DNA of 64,000 nucleotides from Candidatus Nitrospinota bacterium M3_3B_026. GTDB lineage: Bacteria > Nitrospinota_A > UBA7883 > JBPRGF01. Below, in pieces: positions 9,968-19,515 of this stretch (the first letter of the stretch is position 1; every line of letters starts with the position of its first letter). The notes below the pieces were generated by a model. That model had not been told where the DNA came from and did not search any database. It saw nothing but the letters and a program-made list of their open reading frames with translations. Location: the NCBI GenBank assembly GCA_051418015.1, contig JBPRGF010000033.1, forward strand, positions 394,698-458,697, written 5' to 3'. The position numbers were made by a program, and so were the translations under genes.

Positions 9968-10586
9968 TCCCCCACAACTCCCGCAGTCGCTTGTCGCGCC
10001 CGCAGTTGTAGCGGTAGAACTTGTAGCGTATCGGATTTTTCCTGTAATAGTCCTGGTGATAATCCTCGGCGGGATAAAACTCCGTGGCGGGCCTGATTTC
10101 GGTCACTGTCGGCGCCGCGAGGACGCCCGACTCCTCCAGCGTTTTTTTTGACTCTTCGGCCAGCCGCTTCTGGTCTTCGTCCATGTAAAAAATCGCAGAG
10201 CGGTACTGCGGCCCGTGGTCGCAGAACTGCCCGGAGTTGTCAGTAGGGTCTATGTTTTTCCAGAAAACCTCCAGCAGACGCTCGTAGCTTGTCTTTTGGG
10301 GGTCGTAAACAATCCTGACGGCCTCCACATGCCCCGTGCCGCCGGACGACACTTCGCGGTAGGTGGGGTTTTCCTTGTGGCCGCCCGTGTACCCGGAAGT
10401 GGTGGAGACAACGCCCTCCAGCTTGTCGAAGGGAGGCTCCATGCACCAGAAACAGCCTCCAGCGAATATCGCCGTCTCGGAGTCCATCGCGTCAGCCTCT
10501 TGCAGGACGCCTCCGGCCGCAACCAGCATTGCCATCATGAAGCCGACCACGGCCGATCCCGCCCGGCCCGGAGTTCGATAATCCAT
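9948..10586 (-). CDS. msrA: peptide-methionine (S)-S-oxide reductase MsrA with an N-terminal signal peptide
   Basis: 212 aa; catalytic GCFWCME motif after a hydrophobic leader; its 3' end overlaps the msrB start by 20 nt. Confidence 0.9.
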   Translation of the reverse strand: MDYRTPGRAGSAVVGFMMAMLVAAGGVLQEADAMDSETAIFAGGCFWCMEPPFDKLEGVVSTTSGYTGGHKENPTYREVSSGGTGHVEAVRIVYDPQKTSYERLLEVFWKNIDPTDNSGQFCDHGPQYRSAIFYMDEDQKRLAEESKKTLEESGVLAAPTVTEIRPATEFYPAEDYHQDYYRKNPIRYKFYRYNCGRDKRLRELWGSDGHDE

Positions 10587-10797
10587 TCTTCACTCCCTTT
10601 TTCATTATACCCCACGCTGTTTTTCAGTTGTTCTTTGTTTCAGCCGAAACGCGCGCAATGAAAACATGCCTGTCCCGGCCCGATAGCCGAATCCAGAAGA
10701 CTTTCCCAGAGTGGGGAATTGCGGGATTTGGGGCAAGCGAGGACAAGATTCCGTTGCCATATTACTTTAACTTCGGCGGGATTATTCGTTGAAAAAA

Positions 10798-10873
10798 TGG
10801 CGCCCCCGGCAGGACTCGAACCTGCGGCCTACGGATTAGGAATCCGGCGCTCTATCCACTGAGCTACGGGGGC
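10798..10873 (-). tRNA. tRNA-Arg (anticodon CCT), CCA encoded
   Basis: Reverse complement reads GCCCCCGTAGCTCAGTGGATAGAGCGCCGGATTCCTAATCCGTAGGCCGCAGGTTCGAGTCCTGCCGGGGGCGCCA. It has a 7-bp acceptor stem, GCTC/GAGC D-stem, GCAGG/CCTGC T-stem with a TTCGAGT loop, and anticodon loop TTCCTAA. A T-rich tract follows the 3' end. Confidence 0.85.
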
Positions 10874-10923
10874 TCCCGATTGACCGCCTAATATATCATG
10901 CCTTTGCACACTCTTCACTATCA

Positions 10924-11290
10924 TACTGCGGCTTTCAGCATCACGAGTGCGGGATTTTTGCGGGACTCATCCCCGCACACCTTGCCCGTAGCGGCGATCA
11001 GGTTCCCGAGCTCCGCCGCCGAGTAGTAGGTCGTAACCCTCGTCGATACGTGCCCGAGCAGATCCTGCCGATCCTCGAACGATACACCAGCGGCCCGCGC
11101 AGCCTTCGCCCGAACGTGCGCCTGAGGCCGTGCACGCGCGTTTTCGGCAATCCCGCCACTTCACGAGCCCTTTTCCTCGCGCTGTTGTTCATCCGGCCAG
11201 CGGGCTGCCGCGATACGTGAAAACATACTCAGTATGCTCGCCTCGCACACCCCCGGCAACCTCCCGCGCGACGTGGTTGAGAACAACGAG
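10924..11290 (-). pseudogene. frameshifted, N-terminally truncated tyrosine recombinase (phage-type integrase) remnant next to tRNA-Arg
   Basis: Three minus-strand frames together give ...EYVFTYRGSPLAG* | NNSARKRAREVAGLPKTRVHGLRRTFGRRLR | AAGVSFEDRQDLLGHVSTRVTTYYSAAEL... This matches the vFpsr.G.pl / HxLRHT / LLGH...Y catalytic C-terminus of integrases. At least two frameshifts are present, an in-frame stop interrupts the frame upstream of the HGLRRT segment, and there is no N-terminal domain. Confidence 0.6.
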
Positions 11291-11402
11291 CCGGGGACGC
11301 GCTGGCGGTGGATGTTTCGTCCTCCCGGCGTCCTGTGCCAAAGGCGTGAATTTACGTTATAATCCTGCCTCTGGTAAATCCATCATGCTCCGGTAAGAAA
11401 AA

Positions 11403-13211
11403 ATGAAGCGTTCCGAGGACATCCCCGCCCTGCTCAGATTCCTGGCCGCCCCTCTTGCTGTCATTTTCCTGTACCTGTCCGCTCGCTGGACAATAAAGCC
11501 GGAGGGGTTTTTCGCAGCCATCCTCGACGCAGCGCTGGTGTTCGGGTTGATCGGGGGAGTCCTCGCCTCCTGGAGGCTCCGCATCAGGCCCGTGACGGAC
11601 AGGATACAAGAGCATGTTGAAAATCTGGCCAGGCCGCGCGCCTACCTGGACAAGCCACTGGAGAATCCCGGCGGCGAGCTTTCTTCCGTCGTGGACGCCG
11701 TGAACAGCCTGCAACGGCTCATAAACGACACCAACACCAGGATAAGCTCGGCTGTCATGCGTTTTTTGCCGAAGCTTCTGGGGATGGCGTTGCTTATCGA
11801 TGAGCGGGCGGCGGACTCCGCCAAGGAGCGCGACGAGGCGATGACCCTATCCTCGGCGGCGGAGCAGATGACCAACACCATGACGACGATAGCCGAGCAC
11901 GTCAAAAGCGCCGAGAAAGCCGCCGAAAGCTCACACAGGAACATACTTGCCACGCTGGAGGAGTTTTCGGAGTGCAAGACACGCGTGAGAGGATCCATGG
12001 AGGGGATGGCCGAGATGTCCGAAAGCGTGCGCGATGTCACGAAAAACGCCGAGGCCATAACGGAGGTGGTGGAGATCATAGAAGACCTGGCCGACCAGAC
12101 GAACCTGCTGGCGCTGAACGCCTCCATAGAGGCCTCCCGCGCGGGCGAATGGGGCAAAGGATTCGCCGTGGTGGCCGAGGAGATCAGGAAACTGGCCGAA
12201 AAGGCCACGAACTCCGCCGGACTCATAAGGGAGATCGTCCTGGAAAGCGAGGAGCGGATCCAGGGTATGGCCGGAAGGTTCGACGAGTTCACCACCGGGT
12301 TGAGGGAGACGCTGGAGAGTTTTTCGAGGGTAGGCGCCCTGCTGGACGAGACGGCGAAGGTGGTGACCTCGGTCAACGACATGTCACAGTCCGTGCGAAG
12401 CGCGGTGACCGAGCAGAACAGGACCAGCGATTACCTGAACCAGATGCGCTCCAGGATGCGCGCGCGGATTGACTACGCCGCCGCGAGGATGGAGACGTTG
12501 CGCGAGTCGCTGAGGGAGACCGCCACGGTGGTCAGCGAAATGGGCGCGAAGACCATCCTCCTGCACTCCGGCGCCAGCTACCTTTCGCGCCTGGCTGAGG
12601 TCAGCGAGCACTACGGGAAGAAGGTGGCCGAACAGGTGGAAAAGCAGGTCCGGGAAGGCGCCGTGAACGTCGAGGACCTGCGGCGATCGCCGGGGACGAC
12701 CGTACAGGTGGGACAGAAAGACCACTTCCCCTCGCGCTACCGCGTTGTGGAGAAGGGGGAGCTGCGGGGAACTCCGGTCGTCGAGACGCCGTGGTACAAG
12801 GCTTTCGGGGAGTTTTTACCATCGATCAACAGGTCGGCGATGGCGGAGCTGGAGAAAAACCATTCCAGGCCCAAGGTGAACGGAGCCGAGATGCGCATAA
12901 AGTTTCTCTTCGCCCTCTTCTGCGACGTGAACGGCTACGTCCCCTACAACGTGGACCGCTACGAGCTGCCCATGGACCCTGCCACCCCGCCGGAGGAGAA
13001 CGCCAGGCGCTACCGGGGGCGCAGGATTTTCAACGACCCCGTAGGGTACATGGCCGGAGCCTCCACAGAGCCTGTCCGGCTGGATATATACTTCCGCGAG
13101 GACACCGGCGAGATACTGCCCCACGTCTCCACGCCGGTTTTCATAAACATCGACGCAGAGAGGATACACATCGGCGGATTCCGGATCGGCTTCAAGGCGG
13201 CGGAGGCTTGA
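11403..13211 (+). CDS. methyl-accepting chemotaxis protein (2 TM, short signalling domain) with an uncharacterised roughly 230-aa C-terminal domain
   Basis: 602 aa; two N-terminal TM helices; highly conserved MCP core [40 protein letters not shown]. The C-terminal third (about 12500-13208) does not resemble MCP sequence and contains RRYRGRR. Confidence 0.85.
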   Translation: MKRSEDIPALLRFLAAPLAVIFLYLSARWTIKPEGFFAAILDAALVFGLIGGVLASWRLRIRPVTDRIQEHVENLARPRAYLDKPLENPGGELSSVVDAVNSLQRLINDTNTRISSAVMRFLPKLLGMALLIDERAADSAKERDEAMTLSSAAEQMTNTMTTIAEHVKSAEKAAESSHRNILATLEEFSECKTRVRGSMEGMAEMSESVRDVTKNAEAITEVVEIIEDLADQTNLLALNASIEASRAGEWGKGFAVVAEEIRKLAEKATNSAGLIREIVLESEERIQGMAGRFDEFTTGLRETLESFSRVGALLDETAKVVTSVNDMSQSVRSAVTEQNRTSDYLNQMRSRMRARIDYAAARMETLRESLRETATVVSEMGAKTILLHSGASYLSRLAEVSEHYGKKVAEQVEKQVREGAVNVEDLRRSPGTTVQVGQKDHFPSRYRVVEKGELRGTPVVETPWYKAFGEFLPSINRSAMAELEKNHSRPKVNGAEMRIKFLFALFCDVNGYVPYNVDRYELPMDPATPPEENARRYRGRRIFNDPVGYMAGASTEPVRLDIYFREDTGEILPHVSTPVFINIDAERIHIGGFRIGFKAAEA

Positions 13212-13267
13212 GCCCCCGCGTTCAATACGTCTTGACCGGGCTTTTCACGCCCTGTATCGTAGCTTTC

Positions 13268-13651
13268 ATGAACATACGCGAGCTCCGGGAAAAACACCGG
13301 CTGGACACAAAACAGCTCGGCCAGCTAATGCGCGGGCTGGACTCCATGCGCAAAAGCGGCAACCGCGCGCCGGACTTCTGGGACGACGTGGGCGCCCTTT
13401 TCCGGGAAAAATATCCCGGCTCCAGCGAGGAGCGCGAAGCGAAGCAGGCGTGGTTCGAAGACATACTGAAGTTCATCCAGCGCCACGGCAGGAGCCTGAT
13501 CGAAGCGGACTATATACGCTCCGACGAGGGCACGGTCTCGATCAACGAAGACCTCATGGGCGCCCTCGTGAACGCGAGGCTGCGGGATGAGCCGGACGAG
13601 GAAGGAGTCCGGCTCGATGGAAAATCCGTCCTGGAAAAACTCGCCGACTGA
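13268..13651 (+). CDS. hypothetical protein (127 aa, acidic, no recognisable motif)
   Basis: ORF starts at ATG 13268 (MNIRELREK...), 57 nt after the MCP stop; the longer 12791 ORF is run-on in a high-GC frame. Confidence 0.5.
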   Translation: MNIRELREKHRLDTKQLGQLMRGLDSMRKSGNRAPDFWDDVGALFREKYPGSSEEREAKQAWFEDILKFIQRHGRSLIEADYIRSDEGTVSINEDLMGALVNARLRDEPDEEGVRLDGKSVLEKLAD

Positions 13652-13739
13652 CAGCCACTGTTTCTTGACCGGCCGCCCCGGCCGTGGATAAACTGTCCTG
13701 ACCTAGCAAGGTCAACGAAAACGAGAATGAGGCCCGGCC

Positions 13740-16013
13740 ATGAGCAAGAGCATAGAGCTGACCCCCGAGCTTGTCGACAAGGTATATACCCGTATGGAGC
13801 AGACCCTTTCGCTCGTCCGCTCCCGCCTGAACAGGCCCATGACCCTGGCGGAGAAAATCCTGCTGGGCCACCTGGAGAACCCTGAAGGCCAGGAGCTTAG
13901 AAGAGGCGAAAGCTACCTGAAGCTGCGGCCCGACCGGGTGATAATGCAGGACGCCACGGCGCAGATGGCCCTGTTGCAGTTCATCAGCGCCGGGATACCC
14001 GAGGCCGCCGTCCCCGCCACGGTTCATTGCGACCATCTCGTCCGCGCCCGCGAAGGCGCCGCGAAAGATCTTGCGGCGGCGAACACGGACAACGCCGAGG
14101 TCTACGAGTTTTTAAGGACCGTATCGGCCAAGTACGGCATCGGCTTCTGGAAGCCCGGCTCCGGGATCATCCACCAGGTGGCCCTGGAGCGCTACGCCTT
14201 TCCCGGGCAGATGATGATCGGGACGGATTCGCACACCGTCAACGCCGGAGGCATGGGGATGATCGCCATTGGCGTCGGCGGCGCTGACGCTGTGGATGTC
14301 CTCGTGGGGATGCCATGGGAGGTGCTCTTCCCGAGGGTCATCGGTGTGAAGCTCACCGGCAAGCTGCAGGGCTGGGCCGCGCCGAAGGACGTGATCCTCA
14401 AGCTGGCCGGTATTCTCTCCGCCAAGGGCGGCACGAACCATATCGTGGAGTATTTCGGGCCGGGGGCGGAGTCGATCTCATGCACGGGCAAGGCGACGAT
14501 CGCCAACATGGGCGCGGAGATCGGCGCGACGACATCGATATTTCCATACGACGAGAGGATGAAAACCTACCTCGACGCCACGGGCCGGGCGTTCTGCTCG
14601 GAAAAAGCGGACGAGATAGCCCACCTCCTGCGAGCCGACGAGGAGGTTGAGGCCGGCCCGGAGAAGTTTTATGACAGGGTGATAGAGATGGACCTTCACG
14701 AGCTGGAGCCGAACATCGTCGGCCCCCACTCGCCGGACATCGCCCACCCGGTCTCCCGCATGGCCGAGGACTCGGAAAAGGAGGGCTACCCGGAAAAGAT
14801 CACCGCCGCGCTGATCGGCTCGTGCACGAACTCCTCCTACGAGGACATCACGAGGGCCGCCGACGTAGCCCGCCAGGCGGCGGAGCGCGGAGTGAAAATG
14901 AGCATACCCTTCCTTATAACCCCAGGCTCGCAGATGATAAAAGCCACAATCGAGCGCGACGGTCTCATGGAAGACTTCGAGAAAATCGGCGGCAGGGTCC
15001 TGGCGAACGCCTGCGGGCCATGCATCGGCCAATGGACACGCGAGGACGTGAAAAAAGACGAGCTGAATTCGATAATCACGTCGTTCAACAGGAATTTCCC
15101 GAAACGCAACGACGGCAACCCCAAGACCCATGCCTTCATCGGCAGCCCGGAGATCGTCGTAGCTTACGGCCTGGCGGGAACGCTCAAGTTCAACCCGCTC
15201 GAAGATGAAATAAAGGCGGACGGCGCCTCCTTTGTCCTGAACCCGCCGCCGCCGGCGCCGGAGATACCGCCCGGAGGTTTTGTGATGGACGAGGAGGGGT
15301 ATATCCCCCCCGCCGACGACCCGGGCTCCGTATCTGTCGCAGTCAACCCGGAAAGCGAAAGGCTCCATATCCTGGAGCCCTTCGAGCCGTGGGACGGGAA
15401 GGATTTCGAGGATCTGCCCATATTGCTGAAGGCGAAGGGTAAATGCACGACGGATCACATAAGCCCCGCCGGGCCGTGGCTCAAGTTCCGCGGCCATCTG
15501 GACAACATATCGGACAACATGTTCACCGGAGCCATGAACGCCTTCACCGGCGAGACGGGAACGGGGGCCAACGTCATCACCGAAGAGACCGGAAAACCTT
15601 TTCAGGAGATCGCCCGCGACTACAAGTCCAAGGGACAACGCTGGGTGGTGGTCGGCGACGAGAACTACGGCGAAGGCTCCTCCCGGGAGCACGCGGCGAT
15701 GTCGCCCCGGTTCCTGGGCGCCGCCGCAGTCCTGGTTCGCTCCTTCGCCCGCATCCACGAGGCGAACCTTAAAAAACAGGGCGTCCTGCCGCTGACCTTC
15801 GCCGACCCGGCGGATTACGACAAGGTGGCCGAGCGCGACAGTGTCTCGATCCGCGGCCTTTCGGAGCTTGCGCCGGGCAGGCCGGTCACCGTGGTGTTGA
15901 AGCATGAGGACGGCTCGGAAGAGGCCTTCGAGGCCATGCACAGCCTGAACGAGGAGCAGATAGAGTGGTTCAAGGCCGGCTCCGCGCTGAATCGCATCAG
16001 GGCTGCGTCGTAA
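13740..16013 (+). CDS. aconitate hydratase, mitochondrial-type (roughly 750-aa class)
   Basis: 757 aa; aconitase family motifs ([35 protein letters not shown], SRFxGxx of the swivel domain); length fits the mitochondrial-type aconitase rather than AcnA/AcnB. Confidence 0.92.
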   Translation: MSKSIELTPELVDKVYTRMEQTLSLVRSRLNRPMTLAEKILLGHLENPEGQELRRGESYLKLRPDRVIMQDATAQMALLQFISAGIPEAAVPATVHCDHLVRAREGAAKDLAAANTDNAEVYEFLRTVSAKYGIGFWKPGSGIIHQVALERYAFPGQMMIGTDSHTVNAGGMGMIAIGVGGADAVDVLVGMPWEVLFPRVIGVKLTGKLQGWAAPKDVILKLAGILSAKGGTNHIVEYFGPGAESISCTGKATIANMGAEIGATTSIFPYDERMKTYLDATGRAFCSEKADEIAHLLRADEEVEAGPEKFYDRVIEMDLHELEPNIVGPHSPDIAHPVSRMAEDSEKEGYPEKITAALIGSCTNSSYEDITRAADVARQAAERGVKMSIPFLITPGSQMIKATIERDGLMEDFEKIGGRVLANACGPCIGQWTREDVKKDELNSIITSFNRNFPKRNDGNPKTHAFIGSPEIVVAYGLAGTLKFNPLEDEIKADGASFVLNPPPPAPEIPPGGFVMDEEGYIPPADDPGSVSVAVNPESERLHILEPFEPWDGKDFEDLPILLKAKGKCTTDHISPAGPWLKFRGHLDNISDNMFTGAMNAFTGETGTGANVITEETGKPFQEIARDYKSKGQRWVVVGDENYGEGSSREHAAMSPRFLGAAAVLVRSFARIHEANLKKQGVLPLTFADPADYDKVAERDSVSIRGLSELAPGRPVTVVLKHEDGSEEAFEAMHSLNEEQIEWFKAGSALNRIRAAS

Positions 16014-16033
16014 ACGCGAGGTATCGCTTCTAA

Positions 16034-16864
16034 GTGACAGCGTCTTCCCTGGACTGGTTTACCAAAAACCGAGTGGAGACCTCGCCCGATCACGAGGATC
16101 GGGCGCTGCGCCCAAGATTTTTCCCTGCGCCGCCGGCCACGGCTCTTGACGCGGCGCGAAGGGCTGCAGAGAGCTTGCCCAGCTGGAAGCTGGCCTCGGC
16201 TGACAAAGAACGCGTCAGGGCGGAGCGGGCGACGGGCCTTTTCCAGTTTATCGACGACATCGAGATATCCGTCGTTGCCCATCCGGCAGGCGCCATTATC
16301 TCCGCCAGAAGCGGCTCGCGGGTGGGCAAGGGGGACTTCGGCCAGAACAAGCGCAACATCGTGGAGTTGTTCGAGGCTGTCGGCGTCGAGTTGATGGACG
16401 AAAAACCTCCTAAAGGCTACGGTGGTCTCCTCTTCTGCCATTACACGGCCCATCCTTTCGAGAAGACCGCGCCGCTTTTCTTCGATCCGGAGTTTCTCCC
16501 TAAGATATCCCCGTCATGGACGGGTATCAGGATAGTGAGCAAGCCGGATCCCGTGAAGATCGGCGCGCGGATGAGGCTTTCCGTGGCGGGCATGTTCACC
16601 TGGGAGGTTCAGTTCATAGAGTGGAACCCGCCGCGCGCTTTCACCGACAGGCAGGTCAAGGGCCCATTCGAGGATTTTGTCCACCGCCACACCTTCGAGG
16701 CAAAGGCGGGCGGAACCGTGGTCTGCGATCGAGTGCACTACAAACACATGTTCGGCCAACTGGGCGCGGCGGCGGGAAGCTTCCTGACCGGAGGCAGGCT
16801 GGCCGCCCTGCTTGCGCAGAGAGGCGAGATGCTCGACGCTTACCTGGAGAGCGGCGGGATATGA
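16034..16864 (+). CDS. hypothetical fusion protein: DUF1499-like N-terminus plus SRPBCC (polyketide-cyclase/START-like) C-terminus
   Basis: 276 aa; domain calls are from recollection of family sequence features, not a search. Confidence 0.55.
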   Translation: MTASSLDWFTKNRVETSPDHEDRALRPRFFPAPPATALDAARRAAESLPSWKLASADKERVRAERATGLFQFIDDIEISVVAHPAGAIISARSGSRVGKGDFGQNKRNIVELFEAVGVELMDEKPPKGYGGLLFCHYTAHPFEKTAPLFFDPEFLPKISPSWTGIRIVSKPDPVKIGARMRLSVAGMFTWEVQFIEWNPPRAFTDRQVKGPFEDFVHRHTFEAKAGGTVVCDRVHYKHMFGQLGAAAGSFLTGGRLAALLAQRGEMLDAYLESGGI

Positions 16865-18333
16865 GCGGGACGGACATCGCGGTACTGGCTGTCTACACGG
16901 CCGGGGTCACGGCGTTCGGCCTTTTTTTCTATCGCAGGGCAGGAAGCGCTGACGGTTTCACCAGGGCCGGGGGCAGGCTTCCGGGCTGGGTGGTCGGGCT
17001 TTCCATATTCGGAACGTACCTTTCCTCCATATCCTTCCTGGCGCTTCCAGGAAAGGCCTACTCGGCCAATTGGAACGCCTTCGCCTTCTCTCTTTCCCTC
17101 CCCTTCGCCGCGTGGGCGGCCACAAGGTGGTTCGCGCCGCTTTACCGGCAGACCGGCGATGTCTCCGCATATGCCTACCTGGAGAGGAGGTTTGGCCTGG
17201 GGCCGAGGATGTACGCCACCGCCTGCTATCTTTTGACGCAGCTCGCCAGGACGGGGACGATTCTCTTTCTCGTGGCGCTTGCGCTGCAGGGATTTACAGG
17301 TTGGGATATCGGCGTCATCATCATCGCGGCGGGCGTCCTGGTCACACTCTACACCGTTGTCGGGGGCATCGAGGCGGTGATATGGACAGACGCCATCCAG
17401 AGCGCCGTCCTGACCGCCGGGGCGCTGATCTGCGCGGTCATACTGATAACAGGCGCGGACGGACAGATCGCCGCCGCCTGGCCGGGGAAATTCTCGCTTG
17501 GCCCGTTCGAGCCGGATTTCACCAGCCAGACCTTCTGGGTGGTCTTCATCTACGGCATCGTGATAAACCTGCAGAACTTCGGGATCGACCAGTCCTACGT
17601 CCAGAGATACCAGACGGCCAGGTCGCTTGCCGACGTCCGGCGCTCGGTCTGGATAGGCGCGCTGGCTTATATCCCCGTCAGCGCTCTCTTCCTCTTCATC
17701 GGCTCGGCTCTTTTCGCCTGGTACGCGGCGCGGCCGGACCTTCTGCCCTCCGGCGTCGAGGGGGACAGGGTCTTCCCCCATTTCATCGCGACAGAGCTCC
17801 CGGAAGGTTTCAGGGGTCTTTTGATCGCCGCCCTGTTCGCCGCCGCCATGAGCTCCGTGGACAGCTCGCTGAACTCCTCGGCCACGATCCTGATGACGGA
17901 CGTCTACCTGCGTTTTTTCAGGAAGAGCGCCAGTGAGCGGGAACGAATCCGTTTTCTCCGGCTGACCACCTTCCTGCTCGGCGCGGGAGGGACGGGGACG
18001 GCCCTTCTGATGATCTCCATCAAAAGCGCGCTGGACGCCTGGTGGTGGCTGGCGGGGATTTTTTCGGGCGGGATGCTGGGGCTTTTCCTGCTGGGAGCCT
18101 TTTCGAGACGGGCTGAATCCCCCCATGCCGTGGCCGCCGTGGCGGCGGGTCTTCTGGTGATCGCCTGGGCGGCCGCCTCGAAGGGTCTTGGCCTGCCTCT
18201 TGCCAGCCCCCTTCATCCGTTCATGACAACCGTTATCGGTACGGTGGTTATCTTTTTCGCGGGGTTTTCCCTTTCCCGGGGCCGCGAGAGGCGGAAAAAG
18301 ATCCGCCCTGCCCAGACAGTCTTCGACTTGTAA
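16861..18333 (+). CDS. sodium:solute symporter family (SSF) transporter
   Basis: About 490 aa, multi-TM; start MSGTDIAVLAVYTAGV at ATG 16861 overlaps the upstream stop (ATGA); SSF-typical TM1-2 region (GRLPGWVVGLSIFGTYLSSISFLALPGKAYS). Confidence 0.85.
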   Translation: MSGTDIAVLAVYTAGVTAFGLFFYRRAGSADGFTRAGGRLPGWVVGLSIFGTYLSSISFLALPGKAYSANWNAFAFSLSLPFAAWAATRWFAPLYRQTGDVSAYAYLERRFGLGPRMYATACYLLTQLARTGTILFLVALALQGFTGWDIGVIIIAAGVLVTLYTVVGGIEAVIWTDAIQSAVLTAGALICAVILITGADGQIAAAWPGKFSLGPFEPDFTSQTFWVVFIYGIVINLQNFGIDQSYVQRYQTARSLADVRRSVWIGALAYIPVSALFLFIGSALFAWYAARPDLLPSGVEGDRVFPHFIATELPEGFRGLLIAALFAAAMSSVDSSLNSSATILMTDVYLRFFRKSASERERIRFLRLTTFLLGAGGTGTALLMISIKSALDAWWWLAGIFSGGMLGLFLLGAFSRRAESPHAVAAVAAGLLVIAWAAASKGLGLPLASPLHPFMTTVIGTVVIFFAGFSLSRGRERRKKIRPAQTVFDL

Positions 18334-18357
18334 CGCCAAGCGTACTATATTTATTAA

Positions 18358-19500
18358 ATGATGTCCGGGAAAAACAGCATATTCTGGCACGAGGACGACC
18401 TCGCCGCCCTGAACGGCGCCGCGCCGATAAACGAAAAACTCGCCGTCATACACAACGCCGTCCGGAGACGGTTCGATTTCATCGACCGGATCGCTGTCGC
18501 CATGTATGACGAGGAATCCGGGATGCTCTCCACGTACATATGCAGCGGCGACGCCAGGCCGCTTGTCCACTATGAGACGACGCTGGACAGGGCGCCCTCC
18601 CTCGAACAAATAGTGAAAAAGGGCCGGCCCAGGGTGGTCAACGACCTGTCCGTCTTCGACGAGGGCAGGGCCCCACACACGCTGGCCATCAAGGGGCAGG
18701 GCTACGCCTCCAGCTACACCACGCCCATGTATCTCGACGGCGTGGCGGAAGGGTTCCTCTTTTTCAACTCATACCAGAAGAACCGCTTCATGGAGGATGT
18801 CCTGAAAAGCCTGGACGTCTTCGCGCACCTTGCCGCCTCGGTCATAGCCAACGAGATGCTGGCCGCCCGCACACTGCTTGCGGCCTTGAGAACATCCAAC
18901 GCCATCGTGCACCATAGGGACCCGGAGACCAGCGGGCACCTTAACAGGATGGCCGGCTACTGCCACGTCATCGCCAACGACCTCGCCGCCACGGGCAAGC
19001 ATGACTTCGATGACAAGTTCATCGAGGACGTCTTTCTCTTCGCGCCGATGCATGACATCGGCAAGATCGGGATACCCGACAGCGTCCTTAAAAAGAGAGG
19101 GAAGCTGACGGAGAAAGAGTTCGAGTTGATGAAAAAGCACACCACGAAGGGCCGCCAGATAATCGACGCCATGATAGAGAACTTCAACCTCGGCTCGTTT
19201 CTGAACATAGATGTTCTGCGCAACATCGCTGAAAGCCATCACGAGGCGATGGACGGCTCCGGCTATCCCCGCGGGGCGAAAGGCGACGAGATACCCATAG
19301 AGGCCAGGATCATCGCCGTGGCGGACGTTTTCGACGCACTGACCAGCCACCGCGTATACAAGCAGGCCTGGACGAACGACGAGGCTTTCGCCTCTCTGCG
19401 AAGGCTCGCCAAGTCCAAGCTGGACCGCGATTGCGTGGAGGCGCTGGAGAGAAGCAGGAAAACGGTGGAAAGGCTCCAGGCCAGGTTCGGGAAGGATTGA
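18358..19500 (+). CDS. GAF-like sensor plus HD-GYP domain protein (putative c-di-GMP phosphodiesterase)
   Basis: 380 aa; HD motif (FAPMHDIGKIGIP) and GYP motif (HHEAMDGSGYPRG) with an N-terminal GAF-like region. Confidence 0.85.
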   Translation: MMSGKNSIFWHEDDLAALNGAAPINEKLAVIHNAVRRRFDFIDRIAVAMYDEESGMLSTYICSGDARPLVHYETTLDRAPSLEQIVKKGRPRVVNDLSVFDEGRAPHTLAIKGQGYASSYTTPMYLDGVAEGFLFFNSYQKNRFMEDVLKSLDVFAHLAASVIANEMLAARTLLAALRTSNAIVHHRDPETSGHLNRMAGYCHVIANDLAATGKHDFDDKFIEDVFLFAPMHDIGKIGIPDSVLKKRGKLTEKEFELMKKHTTKGRQIIDAMIENFNLGSFLNIDVLRNIAESHHEAMDGSGYPRGAKGDEIPIEARIIAVADVFDALTSHRVYKQAWTNDEAFASLRRLAKSKLDRDCVEALERSRKTVERLQARFGKD

Positions 19501-19515
19501 GACGAGGGGCCGGGG

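Noticed and set aside
14478-15941. 487-aa minus-strand ORF inside the aconitase gene
   Set aside because: Antisense to a well-supported 757-aa aconitase; low-complexity R/G/A-rich translation.
16840-18678. 612-aa minus-strand ORF antisense to the SSF transporter and HD-GYP start
   Set aside because: Overlaps two well-supported plus-strand genes; composition is R/G/P-rich noise.
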